A stretch of 64,000 nt of DNA from Nevskia sp. (GCF_023266035.1 NZ_JAHFRY010000005.1:249-64248), one strand, 5' to 3'. Shown: positions 29,632 through 40,114, counted from the first letter of the stretch. Numbers and translations are program-made. Notes: generated by a model from the sequence alone, not told the origin.

Positions 29632-31424
29632 AGGCCCACCTGCACGCCGAGGTGCAGCCGCACCGGCGCCGAACCCGGATCGAAGGGATGGGCGAGATCG
29701 AGCGCGAAGGCACCGAACGGCGCGCGATAGCGGAAGCCGAGGCCGGCGCCGACGCTCGGGTCGACCAGCGGCTTGTCGTTGGCGTCGCCGGCATCGACGA
29801 ACGCGGCCACGCCGTATTCCTGCAGGAAGTACCAGTCCAGTTCGGCACTCGCGGTGGTCAGATAGCGGCCGCCGATCACCCGGCCGTTGGCGTCTCGCGG
29901 GCCGAGCGACTGGTACGAGTAGCCGCGCACGCTGCCATCACCACCGGCGAAGAAGCGCTGCGACGGCGGCAGGTTGTTGAAGCTGCCGACCCAGGTCGCG
30001 CCCTGATCGACGCGGACTCGCAGGAACAGCCTGCGGGCGAGATCGAGCACCCCGCGCAGCTTGATCGAGCCCTGCACGAAATTGGTGTCGGACAGCAACA
30101 GGTCCGAGCCGCCGTGGAGATCGGTGAACGCGTACCAGCCGCGTCTCGGGAAGATCGGATCATCGCCCTCGGTGTGGTCGAGCGAAATGCCGGGCACCAG
30201 CAGCTTGGAGCGCTGACGCGGGCTTTCCTTGATCGAATATTCGTCGAAGGTGTATTCGAGATAGACGCGCCGTTGCCAGGTCTTGCCACGCCGGTTGTAG
30301 CTGGTGCCGACCCGATACAGGGTTTCCTTGATGTCGCTGAAATCCTGGGTCAGCGCCTGGGTGGTGAAGCTGACCGAATCGCTGGGCAGATGGCCGAATG
30401 GCACACGGTATTCGGCCACTGCGGTAGAGATGCGCGGCGACACGCGGAGATCGGTACGCAGCTTGTGGCCGAGGCTGTTGAGGCGGCGGAAATCAGCGCC
30501 CACCGAAGCCCGCGGGCCGCTGTCGGTGCCGTAGCCGAGGCCGTAGCGATAGCTGCGCGGCGCGCGTTCGGTGGTGTTGATCACCATCGGGATGCGGCCG
30601 TCTTCGTCGGCCTTGTCCTTCAGCCCTTCGATGTCGACGGTCTGGAAGTAGTCGAGATCGCTGAACGCGAACTGGGTGCTGAGCACCTTCGCCGGATCGT
30701 AGTTTTCGCCGGGTTCGAAGGTCAGGTAGTTGCGCAGGAAAGCCTCGCGCAGTGCCAGGCCGCCTTCCTGCTCGATGCTGATCTCGCCGAACTGGTAGCG
30801 GCGGCCACTGTCGAGCGTCAGCAGGATTTCGGCGCTGTTGTTCGGCACGTCGATCTTCAGCTCGCGCCGGGTCAGCTTGGCGTCGAGCAGGCCCAGGCTG
30901 TACGCGGTCTGCACGATGCGCGTCTTCAGCGTCTCGTATTCCTCGTGCTTGATTCGCTCGCCGAGCTTCAGCGGCCGTGGCCGGTTCTTGATCAGCTTCA
31001 AGGCTTCGTCCTCGGCACCATCGCCGATGACCTGGAAATCGATCAGCGAGATCGCCGTCTCCGGCCCGGCATCGACCTGGTATTCGACGACCCAGTCCGG
31101 CTTCGCGCCTTCGAGCTTGGCCGTCACCTTGGCGTTGTACCAGCCGAACGGCTGCAGAGAACCGAGGAGTTCCCGCTCGCCCTGTTTGAACAGGCGCTCG
31201 ACGTCGCTGCTGTCGTATTCCCCCTTGTTGGCGTCGATGCGTTTGGCGTATTCGAGGATCGACAGCTTCGCGTAGGCGTTGTTGCGCTCGTCCGGCCCGA
31301 GGCCGCGCACGCGCACGTCGACACCGGCGCGCGCCGGTGCGGCAGCGGCCAGCAGCACGAGGCCCGCCAGCCAGCCGCGCAGCAGCCAGTGACTAGCGGC
31401 GCGCGACGACGGCATCGAGCTCAA
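29628..31424 (-). CDS. tamA: Outer-membrane translocation and assembly module subunit TamA (Omp85 family)
   Basis: 598 aa. Signal peptide, POTRA-like N-terminus and a C-terminal D15/surface-antigen barrel ending in HLGVQVGL. Confidence 0.9.
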   Translation of the reverse strand: MSSMPSSRAASHWLLRGWLAGLVLLAAAAPARAGVDVRVRGLGPDERNNAYAKLSILEYAKRIDANKGEYDSSDVERLFKQGERELLGSLQPFGWYNAKVTAKLEGAKPDWVVEYQVDAGPETAISLIDFQVIGDGAEDEALKLIKNRPRPLKLGERIKHEEYETLKTRIVQTAYSLGLLDAKLTRRELKIDVPNNSAEILLTLDSGRRYQFGEISIEQEGGLALREAFLRNYLTFEPGENYDPAKVLSTQFAFSDLDYFQTVDIEGLKDKADEDGRIPMVINTTERAPRSYRYGLGYGTDSGPRASVGADFRRLNSLGHKLRTDLRVSPRISTAVAEYRVPFGHLPSDSVSFTTQALTQDFSDIKETLYRVGTSYNRRGKTWQRRVYLEYTFDEYSIKESPRQRSKLLVPGISLDHTEGDDPIFPRRGWYAFTDLHGGSDLLLSDTNFVQGSIKLRGVLDLARRLFLRVRVDQGATWVGSFNNLPPSQRFFAGGDGSVRGYSYQSLGPRDANGRVIGGRYLTTASAELDWYFLQEYGVAAFVDAGDANDKPLVDPSVGAGLGFRYRAPFGAFALDLAHPFDPGSAPVRLHLGVQVGL

Positions 31425-32358
31425 GGCCTGCTTTCTGATCGATGTCGATCGCCAGATACGGGCGCACCTGATAACCGGCGGCGGTCAGGCTGGCGAGCAG
31501 GCCATCCGGCCCTAGCCAGTGCGCTGCGCCGACGACGATCAGCTGCCGCTCCGGCAATTTCAGCCGGCGCTTCAGCTCCGGTAGCCAGGCGCGGTTGCGG
31601 CCGGCCAGCAGATGTTCGTAGACCGCCGGATAGTCATGCTTCATCTCGGCGATCAGCGCTTCGATGCCGCTGCTGTCGTTGTCGCGCCAGGCGCGATACA
31701 TCTCGACCGGCTCCTCGGCCTTCAGGCCGTTTTCGGCCAGCGCGGCATCAAGGAACTGCGTCGACAGCGGCTTGGCCATGTCGGTGAACAGGGCGATATG
31801 ACGCTCGGGTGCCTCGAACCAGGCCATGCTCCGGCCATCGGCCAGTGCGGCATCGTGCAGGCGGCGGTCGAGGCCGTACTCGCCGCTGAAACCGGCGCGC
31901 TGGTAGGCGTACAGCTCCAGCGACAGCGCGCAGAACCAGGGCCGATAGGTTTCGCATTGCGCCGTCGGCATGCGCAAAGTGCGCATCCGCTGGCGCAGCC
32001 GGCGCAGGGTGCCGACATCGACTTCGGCGGCGATGCCGTTCGGCGCTGTTGCCGCTTCCAGCAGCTGCGCGCTGAGCTTGCGGCCCTGCAAGGCGTCGAT
32101 ATCGGACTCGAAGACCAGCGCATCGGCCGAGCGATAGGCCTGGACGATGCCCGTCGGCAGGCGCCCCGCCGCACTCGGCAGCAGATGCACCGAGCCGAGC
32201 AGGTAGTGGGTGGCTTTCGCGCCCTTCACCTGCCACAGGAACGGTGCATCGGACGCGGCGCGGGCTGCCGTGCTGGCGAGTAGCGCGCACAGCCCCAGCA
32301 GCAAGCCGCGCGCAGCGTTCACCACGCGGCCGCGATACCGCGGCTCAAGCAGCATCAT
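31393..32358 (-). CDS. TraB/GumN family protein
   Basis: 321 aa. Signal peptide, then [22 protein letters not shown], typical of the GumN/TraB family. Confidence 0.75.
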   Translation of the reverse strand: MMLLEPRYRGRVVNAARGLLLGLCALLASTAARAASDAPFLWQVKGAKATHYLLGSVHLLPSAAGRLPTGIVQAYRSADALVFESDIDALQGRKLSAQLLEAATAPNGIAAEVDVGTLRRLRQRMRTLRMPTAQCETYRPWFCALSLELYAYQRAGFSGEYGLDRRLHDAALADGRSMAWFEAPERHIALFTDMAKPLSTQFLDAALAENGLKAEEPVEMYRAWRDNDSSGIEALIAEMKHDYPAVYEHLLAGRNRAWLPELKRRLKLPERQLIVVGAAHWLGPDGLLASLTAAGYQVRPYLAIDIDQKAGLELDAVVARR

Positions 32359-33280
32359 CAGCTTCGGTGGCCGTGCTGCTGTCCGATTTCAGCCAGTTGC
32401 CGAGCGCAGCCCCATCGAGACCGCCATCCAGGCCGGCGAAATCGAAGGTCTTCGCATCGGCGAGCTGGGAGGGCGCCACGTTCTGCAACGCCGCGAAGAT
32501 GTGCTCGATGCGGCCTGGATGGGTCTTTTCCCAGTCGCTCATCAGCTTGCGCACCTGCACCCGCTGCAGCTGATCCTGCGAGCCGCACAGGGTGCAGGGG
32601 ATGATCGGGTACTGGGCGATGCGCGCGTATTCGATGATGTCCGCCTCGCGCACATAGGCCAGTGGCCGGATGACGATGTGCTTGCCGTTGTCGCTCTTCA
32701 GCTTCGGCGGCATCGCTGCCAGCTTGGCGTTGAAGAACAGGTTCAGGAAGAAGGTGGCGACGATGTCGTCGCGGTGATGACCGAGCGCGATCTTGTTGTA
32801 ACCGTTCGCCTCCGCCCACGAATACAACGCGCCACGCCGCAGCCGCGAGCACAGGCCGCACATGGTCTTGCCTTCCGGCACCACGCGCTTGACCACCGAA
32901 TAGGTGTCCTGCTCGATGATGTGGAACGGCACGCCACGCGCTTCCAGGTATTCCGGCAGCACGTGTTCCGGGAAGCCCGGCTGCTTCTGGTCGAGATTGA
33001 CCGCGATGATCTCGAACTTCACCGGTGCCGCATCGCGCAGCATCAGCAGCACGTCGAGCATCGTGTAGCTGTCCTTGCCGCCGGACAGGCAGACCATCAC
33101 CCGATCGCCGTCACGGATCATCTGGTAATCCATGATCGCCTGGCCCATCTGCCGGCGCAGGCGCTTGACCAGCTTGTTGCGCTCCAGGCGCTGGCGCGGA
33201 TCGCGATCGATCGGCGGCGCAATGGGAGTCATGGCCGATGGGGATTCGGCGACAAGGTCGGAAAGGCTTACGGCAGACAT
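32345..33280 (-). CDS. ttcA: tRNA 2-thiocytidine(32) synthetase TtcA
   Basis: Start at ATG 33280 (MSAVSLSDL). PP-loop [12 protein letters not shown] and Cys clusters [10 protein letters not shown] and CTLCGSQ. Confidence 0.9.
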   Translation of the reverse strand: MSAVSLSDLVAESPSAMTPIAPPIDRDPRQRLERNKLVKRLRRQMGQAIMDYQMIRDGDRVMVCLSGGKDSYTMLDVLLMLRDAAPVKFEIIAVNLDQKQPGFPEHVLPEYLEARGVPFHIIEQDTYSVVKRVVPEGKTMCGLCSRLRRGALYSWAEANGYNKIALGHHRDDIVATFFLNLFFNAKLAAMPPKLKSDNGKHIVIRPLAYVREADIIEYARIAQYPIIPCTLCGSQDQLQRVQVRKLMSDWEKTHPGRIEHIFAALQNVAPSQLADAKTFDFAGLDGGLDGAALGNWLKSDSSTATEADDAA

Positions 33281-33356
33281 ACGGAACACTTGGGCAAACG
33301 GCGAGACCGAATGATGCGGTAGCGATAGCCGGCTTGTCGAAAGCCGGGATCGCCCA

Positions 33357-33536
33357 TCAGCTGCCGCCCGGCGGCTTGTCCTTCGGCCGACCGAGCGCGG
33401 CACCCCACTCGTCGTTGCCGATCACTCGGCCCATGTGACGGGTCAGGAAGGCGAGTTGCTCGGGATCGACAGGGGTGCGGCCCTGCTCGTCGGCGCTGGC
33501 CTGATCGTCGTCATCGTGCTCGGGCTTGTCGTTCAT
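33357..33536 (-). CDS. Possible 59-aa acidic small protein (not in ORF track)
   Basis: Manual translation gives [59 protein letters not shown]. Third codon positions are strongly G/C as in neighbouring genes. It fills the dtd-ttcA gap on the same strand. Confidence 0.35.
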   Translation of the reverse strand: MNDKPEHDDDDQASADEQGRTPVDPEQLAFLTRHMGRVIGNDEWGAALGRPKDKPPGGS

Positions 33537-33560
33537 CCGTGTGCTCCTTGAGGTTGCGCT

Positions 33561-34007
33561 TCAGGCTTCCAGCCAGAACGTCACCGGCCCATCGTTGACC
33601 AGGCTGATCTGCATGTCCGCCCCGAATACGCCGCTGCCGGTGCCGGGCCAGATTTTCTGGGCTTCGCTGACCAGACCGGTGTACAGCGCCCGGGCTTCGT
33701 CCGGAGCTGCGGCCGGTGTGAAGCTGGCGCGGGTGCCGGAGCGGGTATCCGCCGCCAGGGTGAACTGCGAGACCAGCAGCAGGCCACCGCGTTCGGCGCC
33801 GAGATCGCGCAGGCTCTTGTTCATCCGGCCGGTGTCGTCCTCGAACACGCGATAGCTCAGCAGGCGTTCGAGCAGGCGCGTGCCACGGGCGGCGGTGTCG
33901 TCGCGTTCGATGCCGATCAGCACCAGCAGGCCGCGTTCGATGCGCGCCATCGTCCGGCCGTCGATCTCGACGCTGGCGCGGCGTACGCGTTGCAGGAGTC
34001 CGATCAT
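33561..34007 (-). CDS. dtd: D-aminoacyl-tRNA deacylase
   Basis: Start at ATG 34007 (MIGLLQRVRRASVEIDG). SQFTLAADT and the GPVTFWLE C-terminus. Confidence 0.92.
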   Translation of the reverse strand: MIGLLQRVRRASVEIDGRTMARIERGLLVLIGIERDDTAARGTRLLERLLSYRVFEDDTGRMNKSLRDLGAERGGLLLVSQFTLAADTRSGTRASFTPAAAPDEARALYTGLVSEAQKIWPGTGSGVFGADMQISLVNDGPVTFWLEA

Positions 34008-34044
34008 CGAGAGCGTGGAGAGGCGGTCGGGCAATAATGGCGGG

Positions 34045-34926
34045 ATGCAGACTGTACTTCGCGCGCTGTTCCTCCTGCTCGGCTATCTGCCGCTGGCCGT
34101 GCTGCACCTGCTCGGCAGCGTGCTGGGCCGGCTGCTGTGGTGGTTGCCGAACGGACTCCGGCGGATCACCGAGCTGCATCTGGCCCGTTGCCTGCCGGAG
34201 CTCGATGACGCAGCCCGTGGCCGCATCGCCCGCGCCAGCCTGATCGCAAGCGCGAAAGCGGTGTGTGAGGCGCCGGCCATCTGGTTCGGGCCGCTCGGTC
34301 GCCGCCGCCGCTGGCTGGCCGATCCGGCGGCGCTGGCGACGATCCGCGCCGCCCAAGCACAAGGCAAAGGCGTGATCCTGCTGACGCCGCATCAGGGCGC
34401 CTGGGAGCTGGCCAGTTTCTTCTGCGCGCAGGCCGCGCCGATCACCGTGCTCTACAAGCCGCAGAAGGGTGCTGCCGATGCGTTGATCCGCGAAGGCCGT
34501 GCGCGTGGCGCGCCGGTGACGCCGGTGCCGACCACTGGCGCCGGTGTCAAGGCGCTACTCGCGGCGCTGAAGCGCGGCGAGATGGTCGGCATCCTGCCCG
34601 ATCACGATCCGCCGGAATCGTCCGGCACCGTGTTCACGCCGATGTTCGGCATTCCGGCCAACACCATGGATCTGGTCACCAAGCTTGCCGCCCGCAGCCG
34701 TGCGCCGGTGCTGCTGATCGTCGCCGAGCGTCTGCCCGGGGCGCGCGGCTTCCGCTTCCATCTGTGGCCGGCGCCCGCCGACATCGCCGATCCAGCAACG
34801 GGCCCGGCAGTGATGAACACCGCGGTCGAAACCTGCGTGCGGGCATTCCCGGAGCAGTATTGGTGGAGCTACAAGCGCTATCGTCGGCGGCCGCCGGGCG
34901 AGCCGGATTTCTATCGCTCGCCGTAG
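34045..34926 (+). CDS. Lipid A biosynthesis late acyltransferase (LpxL/HtrB family)
   Basis: Start at ATG 34045 (MQTVLRALFLLLGYLPLAVL membrane anchor). The acyltransferase motif LTPHQGAWELAS and the ending PEQYWWSYKRYR. Confidence 0.8.
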   Translation: MQTVLRALFLLLGYLPLAVLHLLGSVLGRLLWWLPNGLRRITELHLARCLPELDDAARGRIARASLIASAKAVCEAPAIWFGPLGRRRRWLADPAALATIRAAQAQGKGVILLTPHQGAWELASFFCAQAAPITVLYKPQKGAADALIREGRARGAPVTPVPTTGAGVKALLAALKRGEMVGILPDHDPPESSGTVFTPMFGIPANTMDLVTKLAARSRAPVLLIVAERLPGARGFRFHLWPAPADIADPATGPAVMNTAVETCVRAFPEQYWWSYKRYRRRPPGEPDFYRSP

Positions 34927-34956
34927 AACCGTGTCCTGTCCAACCACTCCGTAAAC

Positions 34957-35907
34957 ATGGCCCACGAATTCCTGATCGAAGCACGCGGCCTGAGCCGTCG
35001 TTACGGCAGCCACGTCGCCGCCAACGACATCAGCCTGTCACTGCGCAAGGGCGAAATCCTCGGCCTGCTCGGCCCGAACGGCGCTGGCAAGTCGACGACC
35101 ATGAAGATGCTCGCCGGCGTGCTTGCGCCCAGTGCCGGCACGGTGATGATCAACGGCGTGTCGCTGGCCGATGATCCGAAACGCGCCAAGCAGAGCCTGG
35201 GCTATCTGCCCGAGCTGCCGCCGGTCTATCCGGAGCTGACCGTCGACGAATACCTGCGCTACTGCGCCAGCCTGCATGGCCTGCGCCGCAGCGAACGTGC
35301 AGCGGCCCTGCAGCGGGCGAAGCAGTCCTGCGGCTTGAGCGAAGTGTCGCGGCGGTTGATCGGTAATCTGTCGAAGGGCTATCAGCAGCGGGTCGGCATC
35401 GCCCAGGCGATCATCCATCGCCCGGCGGTGGTGATCCTCGATGAGCCCACGGTCGGCCTCGACCCGATCCAGATCCTGGAAATCCGTCGCCTGATCAAGA
35501 CGCTGGGCCAGGAGCATGGCGTGATCCTGTCCAGCCACATCCTTCCGGAGATTCAGGCGGTCTGCGCTCGGGTGATGATCATTCACCGCGGCCGTCTGGT
35601 GTACGCCGAGCCGCTTGCCACGGCAGGCAGCGAAGGCTTCAGGACGATCATCGCCGGCTTCCTGCGGATGCCGGCCTTCGATGTGTTGCTGAGCTTGCCC
35701 GGTGTCGGCGAGATCGAAACCCTGACCGGCAGCCAGATTCGCATCACGGTCGACAACGCAGGCGATGATCCGCGCGCTGCGATCGCCGAAGCGGCCGCCA
35801 CCCACGGCTGGGGCCTGATCGAGCTGCATGCCGAACGGCGGACCCTGGAAGAAATCTTCGTCGAACTGAGCACGGGCGATGCTCACGCCCTGCAGGAAGC
35901 CGCCTGA
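34957..35907 (+). CDS. ABC transporter ATP-binding protein (ABC-2/GldA-like)
   Basis: Walker A GPNGAGKST, signature LSKGYQQR and Walker B VVILDEP. Confidence 0.9.
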   Translation: MAHEFLIEARGLSRRYGSHVAANDISLSLRKGEILGLLGPNGAGKSTTMKMLAGVLAPSAGTVMINGVSLADDPKRAKQSLGYLPELPPVYPELTVDEYLRYCASLHGLRRSERAAALQRAKQSCGLSEVSRRLIGNLSKGYQQRVGIAQAIIHRPAVVILDEPTVGLDPIQILEIRRLIKTLGQEHGVILSSHILPEIQAVCARVMIIHRGRLVYAEPLATAGSEGFRTIIAGFLRMPAFDVLLSLPGVGEIETLTGSQIRITVDNAGDDPRAAIAEAAATHGWGLIELHAERRTLEEIFVELSTGDAHALQEAA

Positions 35908-36653
35908 TGTCGCTCGTACTGACCATTGCCCGCGCCGAGGCGCGGCGCATCTTCGTCTCGCCACTCGCGTGGACCGTGCTCGCCGTGCTGCAGAGCATTC
36001 TCGGCGTGGTCTTCCTGCTGCTGATCCTCGATTACGCGCAGAACCCGCGCGGGCCGGAATCCTCGGTTGGACTGTCCGACTACATCGGCGGCGGCCTGTA
36101 CTCGTTCGCCACCCTGGTCCTGCTGCTGGTGATGCCGCTGCTGACCATGCGGCTGTTCGCCGAGGAACGGAAGAACGGCAGCCTGACCTTGCTGCTGGCA
36201 TCGCCGGTGTCGCTGATCGAGATCGTGCTCGGCAAGTTTCTCGGGCTATTTTCATTTATCGCCGCCGCGACCCTGCTGCTGGCGGCGATGCCGCTGATGC
36301 TGCTGGTCGGCTCGAACCTCGATCTCGGCCGTATCGCCGCCGGGCTGCTGGGCTTGAGCCTGATGATGATGGCGCTCGGCGCCGCCGGCCTGTACGTCTC
36401 CACCCTCACCCGTGAACCGACGATTGCGGCCGTCGCCAGCTTCGGCCTGCTGCTGATGCTGTGGTTGATGCAGGTGCTGAGTTCGCAGCCAGGCTGGATC
36501 GGCAAGTTGCTCGGCTATCTGGCGATCGTCGGCCACTTCGAGAACCTGCGGCGCGGCATCTTTTCCTCGGTCGACATCGTCTATTACCTGCTGTTCACGG
36601 TCCTGTTCCTGTGGCTGGCCGTGCTGCAGCTCGACAGCGAGCGCAACGGATGA
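35907..36653 (+). CDS. ABC-2 type transporter permease (GldF-like)
   Basis: 248 aa with six hydrophobic segments. The start overlaps the ATPase stop. Confidence 0.85.
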   Translation: MSLVLTIARAEARRIFVSPLAWTVLAVLQSILGVVFLLLILDYAQNPRGPESSVGLSDYIGGGLYSFATLVLLLVMPLLTMRLFAEERKNGSLTLLLASPVSLIEIVLGKFLGLFSFIAAATLLLAAMPLMLLVGSNLDLGRIAAGLLGLSLMMMALGAAGLYVSTLTREPTIAAVASFGLLLMLWLMQVLSSQPGWIGKLLGYLAIVGHFENLRRGIFSSVDIVYYLLFTVLFLWLAVLQLDSERNG

Positions 36654-38044
36654 AGCTCATGAAGACGCTCGCAAGCCGCCGTTTCCAGCGCCGCCTGAAC
36701 ACGGTGCTGATCGTGCTCGTGGTGCTGTTCGCCGCCATGGTGTCGACGCGCTACAAGATCGAGGTCGACTGGACCTATGGCAATCGCAACACGCTGACCG
36801 AAGGCAGCCGCCGCCAGCTGGCGGCGATGCCGGATGCGATCCGCGTGCTGGTCTTCGATTACCCGAACAGCGAATCCCGCGGCGAAGTGCAGGCGCTGGT
36901 GGCGCGCTATCAGCGGGTGAAAAAGAACCTGTCGCTGGAGTTCATCGATCCCGGTGCCGAGCCGATCAAGGCGCGCAGCTACAAGATCAGTAGGCCGGGT
37001 GTTGCGGTGCTCGAATACCAGGGTCGCCACGAGACGCTGGAGCAACTCGGCGAAGCCGAAATCGCCGCCAGCCTGCAGCGCCTTGCCGATGCCGGCGAGC
37101 GCTACGTGCTGTTCCTGCAGGGCCACGGCGAACGCTCGATCATGCCGGGGCCAGGTGCTACCCAGTACGACCTCACGCTACTCGCCGAAGCGCTCGGCGA
37201 AAAAGGCCTGAAAGTGCTGCCGCTGAACCTGTTGACCACGCCGAAGATTCCCGACAACACCTCGGCGCTGGTCATCGCCAGCTCGACACAAGCCTTGCTC
37301 GACGGCGAAATCGCGACCATCCGCGCTTACGTCGAACGCGGCGGCAACCTGTTGTGGCTGACCGATCCGGACTACCCCGCCGGCCTCGCCCCACTCGCGC
37401 AAGCGCTGGGCATCCATTGGCTCGATGGCACGGTGATCTTCGCCAACTACACCGCCGTCGGCTCGCCGAGCCCGGCCGTGTTCCTGACCGCCAGCTATCC
37501 GCCGAACCCGATCACCGGAACCTCCGCCGGGCAGTTCGCGAAGATCACCTCGTTCCCGCTGGCACGCGCGCTCGAATTCGACACAGCCGAGTTGCCGAAG
37601 GCTGCCGGCTGGCGCTACGCGCCGATCATCGAGACCCAGGCCGACGCCTGGCTGGAGACCGGCAGCATCGACGGCGAGGTGGCCTTCGACAAGGACGTCG
37701 ACCGCCGCGGCCCGCTGACCATCGGCCTGAGCATGAGCCGCGAGCTGCCGGCCGCTGGCGAGCAGGCCAAGCGGAACCAGCGCGTCGCCGTGTTCGGCGA
37801 CGGCGATTTCCTGTCCGATCTGATGCTGGAGCGCGACGGCAACAAGGCCCTCGCGGTCGCTCTGCTGCAATGGCTGTCGTCGCGCGATGCCCTGATCGAC
37901 GTCGACGTGCCGCGCGCCCCGGACATCGCCCTGAACCTGCCGCCCTGGGCGTTCTGGCTGGCCGGCGCCGGCTTCACCGCGATCATTCCGCTGTTGCTGC
38001 TCGGCTTCGGCATCGGCCGCTGGCTGATTCGCCGCCGCCAGTGA
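36650..38044 (+). CDS. GldG-like ABC-transporter auxiliary protein
   Basis: ATG 36650 overlaps the permease stop (ATGA). N-terminal and C-terminal membrane anchors flank a large soluble domain. This is the typical third gene of the ABC-2/GldG module. Confidence 0.75.
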   Translation: MKLMKTLASRRFQRRLNTVLIVLVVLFAAMVSTRYKIEVDWTYGNRNTLTEGSRRQLAAMPDAIRVLVFDYPNSESRGEVQALVARYQRVKKNLSLEFIDPGAEPIKARSYKISRPGVAVLEYQGRHETLEQLGEAEIAASLQRLADAGERYVLFLQGHGERSIMPGPGATQYDLTLLAEALGEKGLKVLPLNLLTTPKIPDNTSALVIASSTQALLDGEIATIRAYVERGGNLLWLTDPDYPAGLAPLAQALGIHWLDGTVIFANYTAVGSPSPAVFLTASYPPNPITGTSAGQFAKITSFPLARALEFDTAELPKAAGWRYAPIIETQADAWLETGSIDGEVAFDKDVDRRGPLTIGLSMSRELPAAGEQAKRNQRVAVFGDGDFLSDLMLERDGNKALAVALLQWLSSRDALIDVDVPRAPDIALNLPPWAFWLAGAGFTAIIPLLLLGFGIGRWLIRRRQ

Positions 38045-38060
38045 CCCCCGGAAACCCGCC

Positions 38061-38966
38061 ATGAAAACCGCTACCGTCAACCTGCTGCTGGCGGTCACTG
38101 CCGTCGGCCTCGCCAGTCTCGTCGTCGTCGACCAGACGAAGCAGGAAGCGAAGCTGTCCGCCGCGATCGCCCCGAAGCCGCCGCTGACCGCCATCGATGG
38201 CAATGCCGTGCGCCGCATCGTTCTGCACAACGCTGGCAGCCCGGACATCCAGCTCGAAAAGACCGCGATCGGCTGGCAGCTGACCGCGCCAGTGAAGCTG
38301 CCGGCTGATCTGGTCGAGATCGGCACCATCACCGAACTGCTCGGCGCCGAAACCCATGGCGATATCGACGCCAGCAAGATCGAGCGCGCCAAGCTCGGCC
38401 TCGATCCGCCGCGCAGCACTATCGAACTCGACGGCACCGTGCTCGCCATCGGTGACATCGAACCGCTGAAGCAGAGCCGTTACGTCGAAGTGAATCCCGG
38501 CAAGCCGGATGCGCACATCCGCTTGATCAATGACTTCCCGCCCGAGCTGGTCGACGGCGAATTCACCGATCTCGCCAACAAGGCGCTGCTGCCGTTCGAG
38601 GCGGACATCACCCGCATCGAAGTGCCGGGACTGATCGTCTCGAAAAGCCAGGTCGGCCCCGGCTGGACCTCAACACCGACCACCGAAGCCGCGACCTCGC
38701 CCGCGCTGCAAGCCTTCGCCGACGGCTGGCGCAGCGCACGGGCGATCGCCACCTTGCCGCCGCTGGTGGAAGGCAGCGCCGCGGCGAAAGCCGATGTCCG
38801 CATCGGGCTCGCCGATGGCAGCGAGTACCGCTACGCCTTGATCGACAAGGCGGGTGGCCGCTATCTGCAGCGGCTTGATCTGCCGTTGAGTTATCAGCTG
38901 GATCCGGGGTTTGCTGAGGGCTTGTTGAAGCTGGCAACAGCGCCTGCCGCGACGGCTGCACCCTGA
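38061..38966 (+). CDS. DUF4340-like protein (fourth gene of the GldG module)
   Basis: 301 aa. N-terminal anchor, then VRRIVLHNAGSPDIQLEKTAIGWQLTAPVKLPAD, which matches my recollection of the DUF4340 pattern. Position after the GldG-like gene. Confidence 0.6.
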   Translation: MKTATVNLLLAVTAVGLASLVVVDQTKQEAKLSAAIAPKPPLTAIDGNAVRRIVLHNAGSPDIQLEKTAIGWQLTAPVKLPADLVEIGTITELLGAETHGDIDASKIERAKLGLDPPRSTIELDGTVLAIGDIEPLKQSRYVEVNPGKPDAHIRLINDFPPELVDGEFTDLANKALLPFEADITRIEVPGLIVSKSQVGPGWTSTPTTEAATSPALQAFADGWRSARAIATLPPLVEGSAAAKADVRIGLADGSEYRYALIDKAGGRYLQRLDLPLSYQLDPGFAEGLLKLATAPAATAAP

Positions 38967-39081
38967 TGTGACGTAGCCAGAATGGTTGCGCCTCGATATA
39001 CATTGCACACGGAAGGCGGAATACGCCTTTCGGCTATTTCCCCATTGGACTTGTTAGGCCTTACAAACTCCAGGAGTCCCA

Positions 39082-39474
39082 GTGCCCGTCAATTTCAAAT
39101 CTATAAAACCAGGCACCGCGTACTCGCGTAATGATCTGGCCACGATGTGGGGCTACAAGAGTTTCCACGCTATTGCCCGGGGAATCGTGACTCCACAAGG
39201 TGATAACAAGATTGTCATCTTCATAACCGAAGAGAAGCAAAGCTCATCCCGGCAATATGCCGATCACCTCGCAGGGAACGTGCTGAAGACAGAGGGTCCA
39301 GATGACCACTTCGCAGAAGATCGAATCTCGGCGGCGGAAACGACTGGGGACGAAATCCATTTATTCCACCGCATGCGTCACCACATGGACTTCTACTATC
39401 TCGGCCAGGTGAAGCTAATCAGGCTCGAGCGGAGAACCAAGGCTCCAAGTTACTTTGAGTACGCAGTCAGCTGA
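39082..39474 (+). CDS. Stand-alone DUF3427-like protein (hypothetical)
   Basis: 130 aa in a visibly lower-GC stretch. The pattern YSRNDL..WGY...GIV....KIVIFIT........YADHL, then IHLFHR and FYYLGQV, resembles the DUF3427 module normally fused to helicase/PLD proteins. Recognised from memory only. Confidence 0.45.
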   Translation: MPVNFKSIKPGTAYSRNDLATMWGYKSFHAIARGIVTPQGDNKIVIFITEEKQSSSRQYADHLAGNVLKTEGPDDHFAEDRISAAETTGDEIHLFHRMRHHMDFYYLGQVKLIRLERRTKAPSYFEYAVS

Positions 39475-39599
39475 AGAGCCACAAGGGCGGGAAAGCCGAA
39501 GGCGCATCCCGCCTTCTGCAGAGCTACAGCGGGCAAGCTCATTCAGCGCTTTTCTGAAATGGTTAGAGCGTACCAACCGCCGGTGCTAATCTTTGCCCT

Positions 39600-39824
39600 A
39601 TGAACATCGAAACCATCCGTCGCGAAGCCTTATCCCTCTCGGTTCAAGAGCGAGCCGAACTGGCGGAGGAGCTTCTGTCCAGTCTTGATGCTTTGTCGGA
39701 GGCTGAAACGGAGCAGCTCTGGTTTCAGGAAGCAGCGCGCCGGGCTGCCGAAATGGATCAGGGGATCGGCAAGCGCATTCCTGCGGATGTCGTGCGTCTT
39801 GAGGCTCAAGCACTCCTCAAGTGA
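39600..39824 (+). CDS. Type II antitoxin, putative addiction-module component (TIGR02574-like)
   Basis: 74 aa. LSLSVQERAELAEELLSSL...W..EAARRAAEMDQG matches the family layout. Overlaps the toxin start by 4 nt. Confidence 0.75.
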   Translation: MNIETIRREALSLSVQERAELAEELLSSLDALSEAETEQLWFQEAARRAAEMDQGIGKRIPADVVRLEAQALLK

Positions 39825-40114
39825 GTTACTTCTTCAATGAGGTAGCGCGCGTCGAGCACCTAGAACACGTGGCCTATTACGAGGCTCGTCAGTCAGGACT
39901 CGGTGCACGTTATCTCTCGGCCTTTGATGCGGCGATGGTCAAGGTCTGCGAGGCGCCGCAGCGTCATCGTGTTGAGTTTCCTCCTGATATTCGGCGCTAT
40001 CGAGTGCCAGGTTTCCCCTACAACATCCTGTATCGGCAGGCAGGTGCGGACGTCGAGGTGCTGGTCGTTGCCGCGCATCGGCGGCGGCCGAGTTACTGGT
40101 CGGGCAGGCTTTAG
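39821..40114 (+). CDS. ParE/RelE-family toxin
   Basis: 97 aa. The core PGFPYNILYRQAGADVEVLVVAAHRRRP is typical of plasmid-stabilisation ParE/RelE toxins. GTGA overlap with the antitoxin. Confidence 0.75.
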   Translation: MSYFFNEVARVEHLEHVAYYEARQSGLGARYLSAFDAAMVKVCEAPQRHRVEFPPDIRRYRVPGFPYNILYRQAGADVEVLVVAAHRRRPSYWSGRL

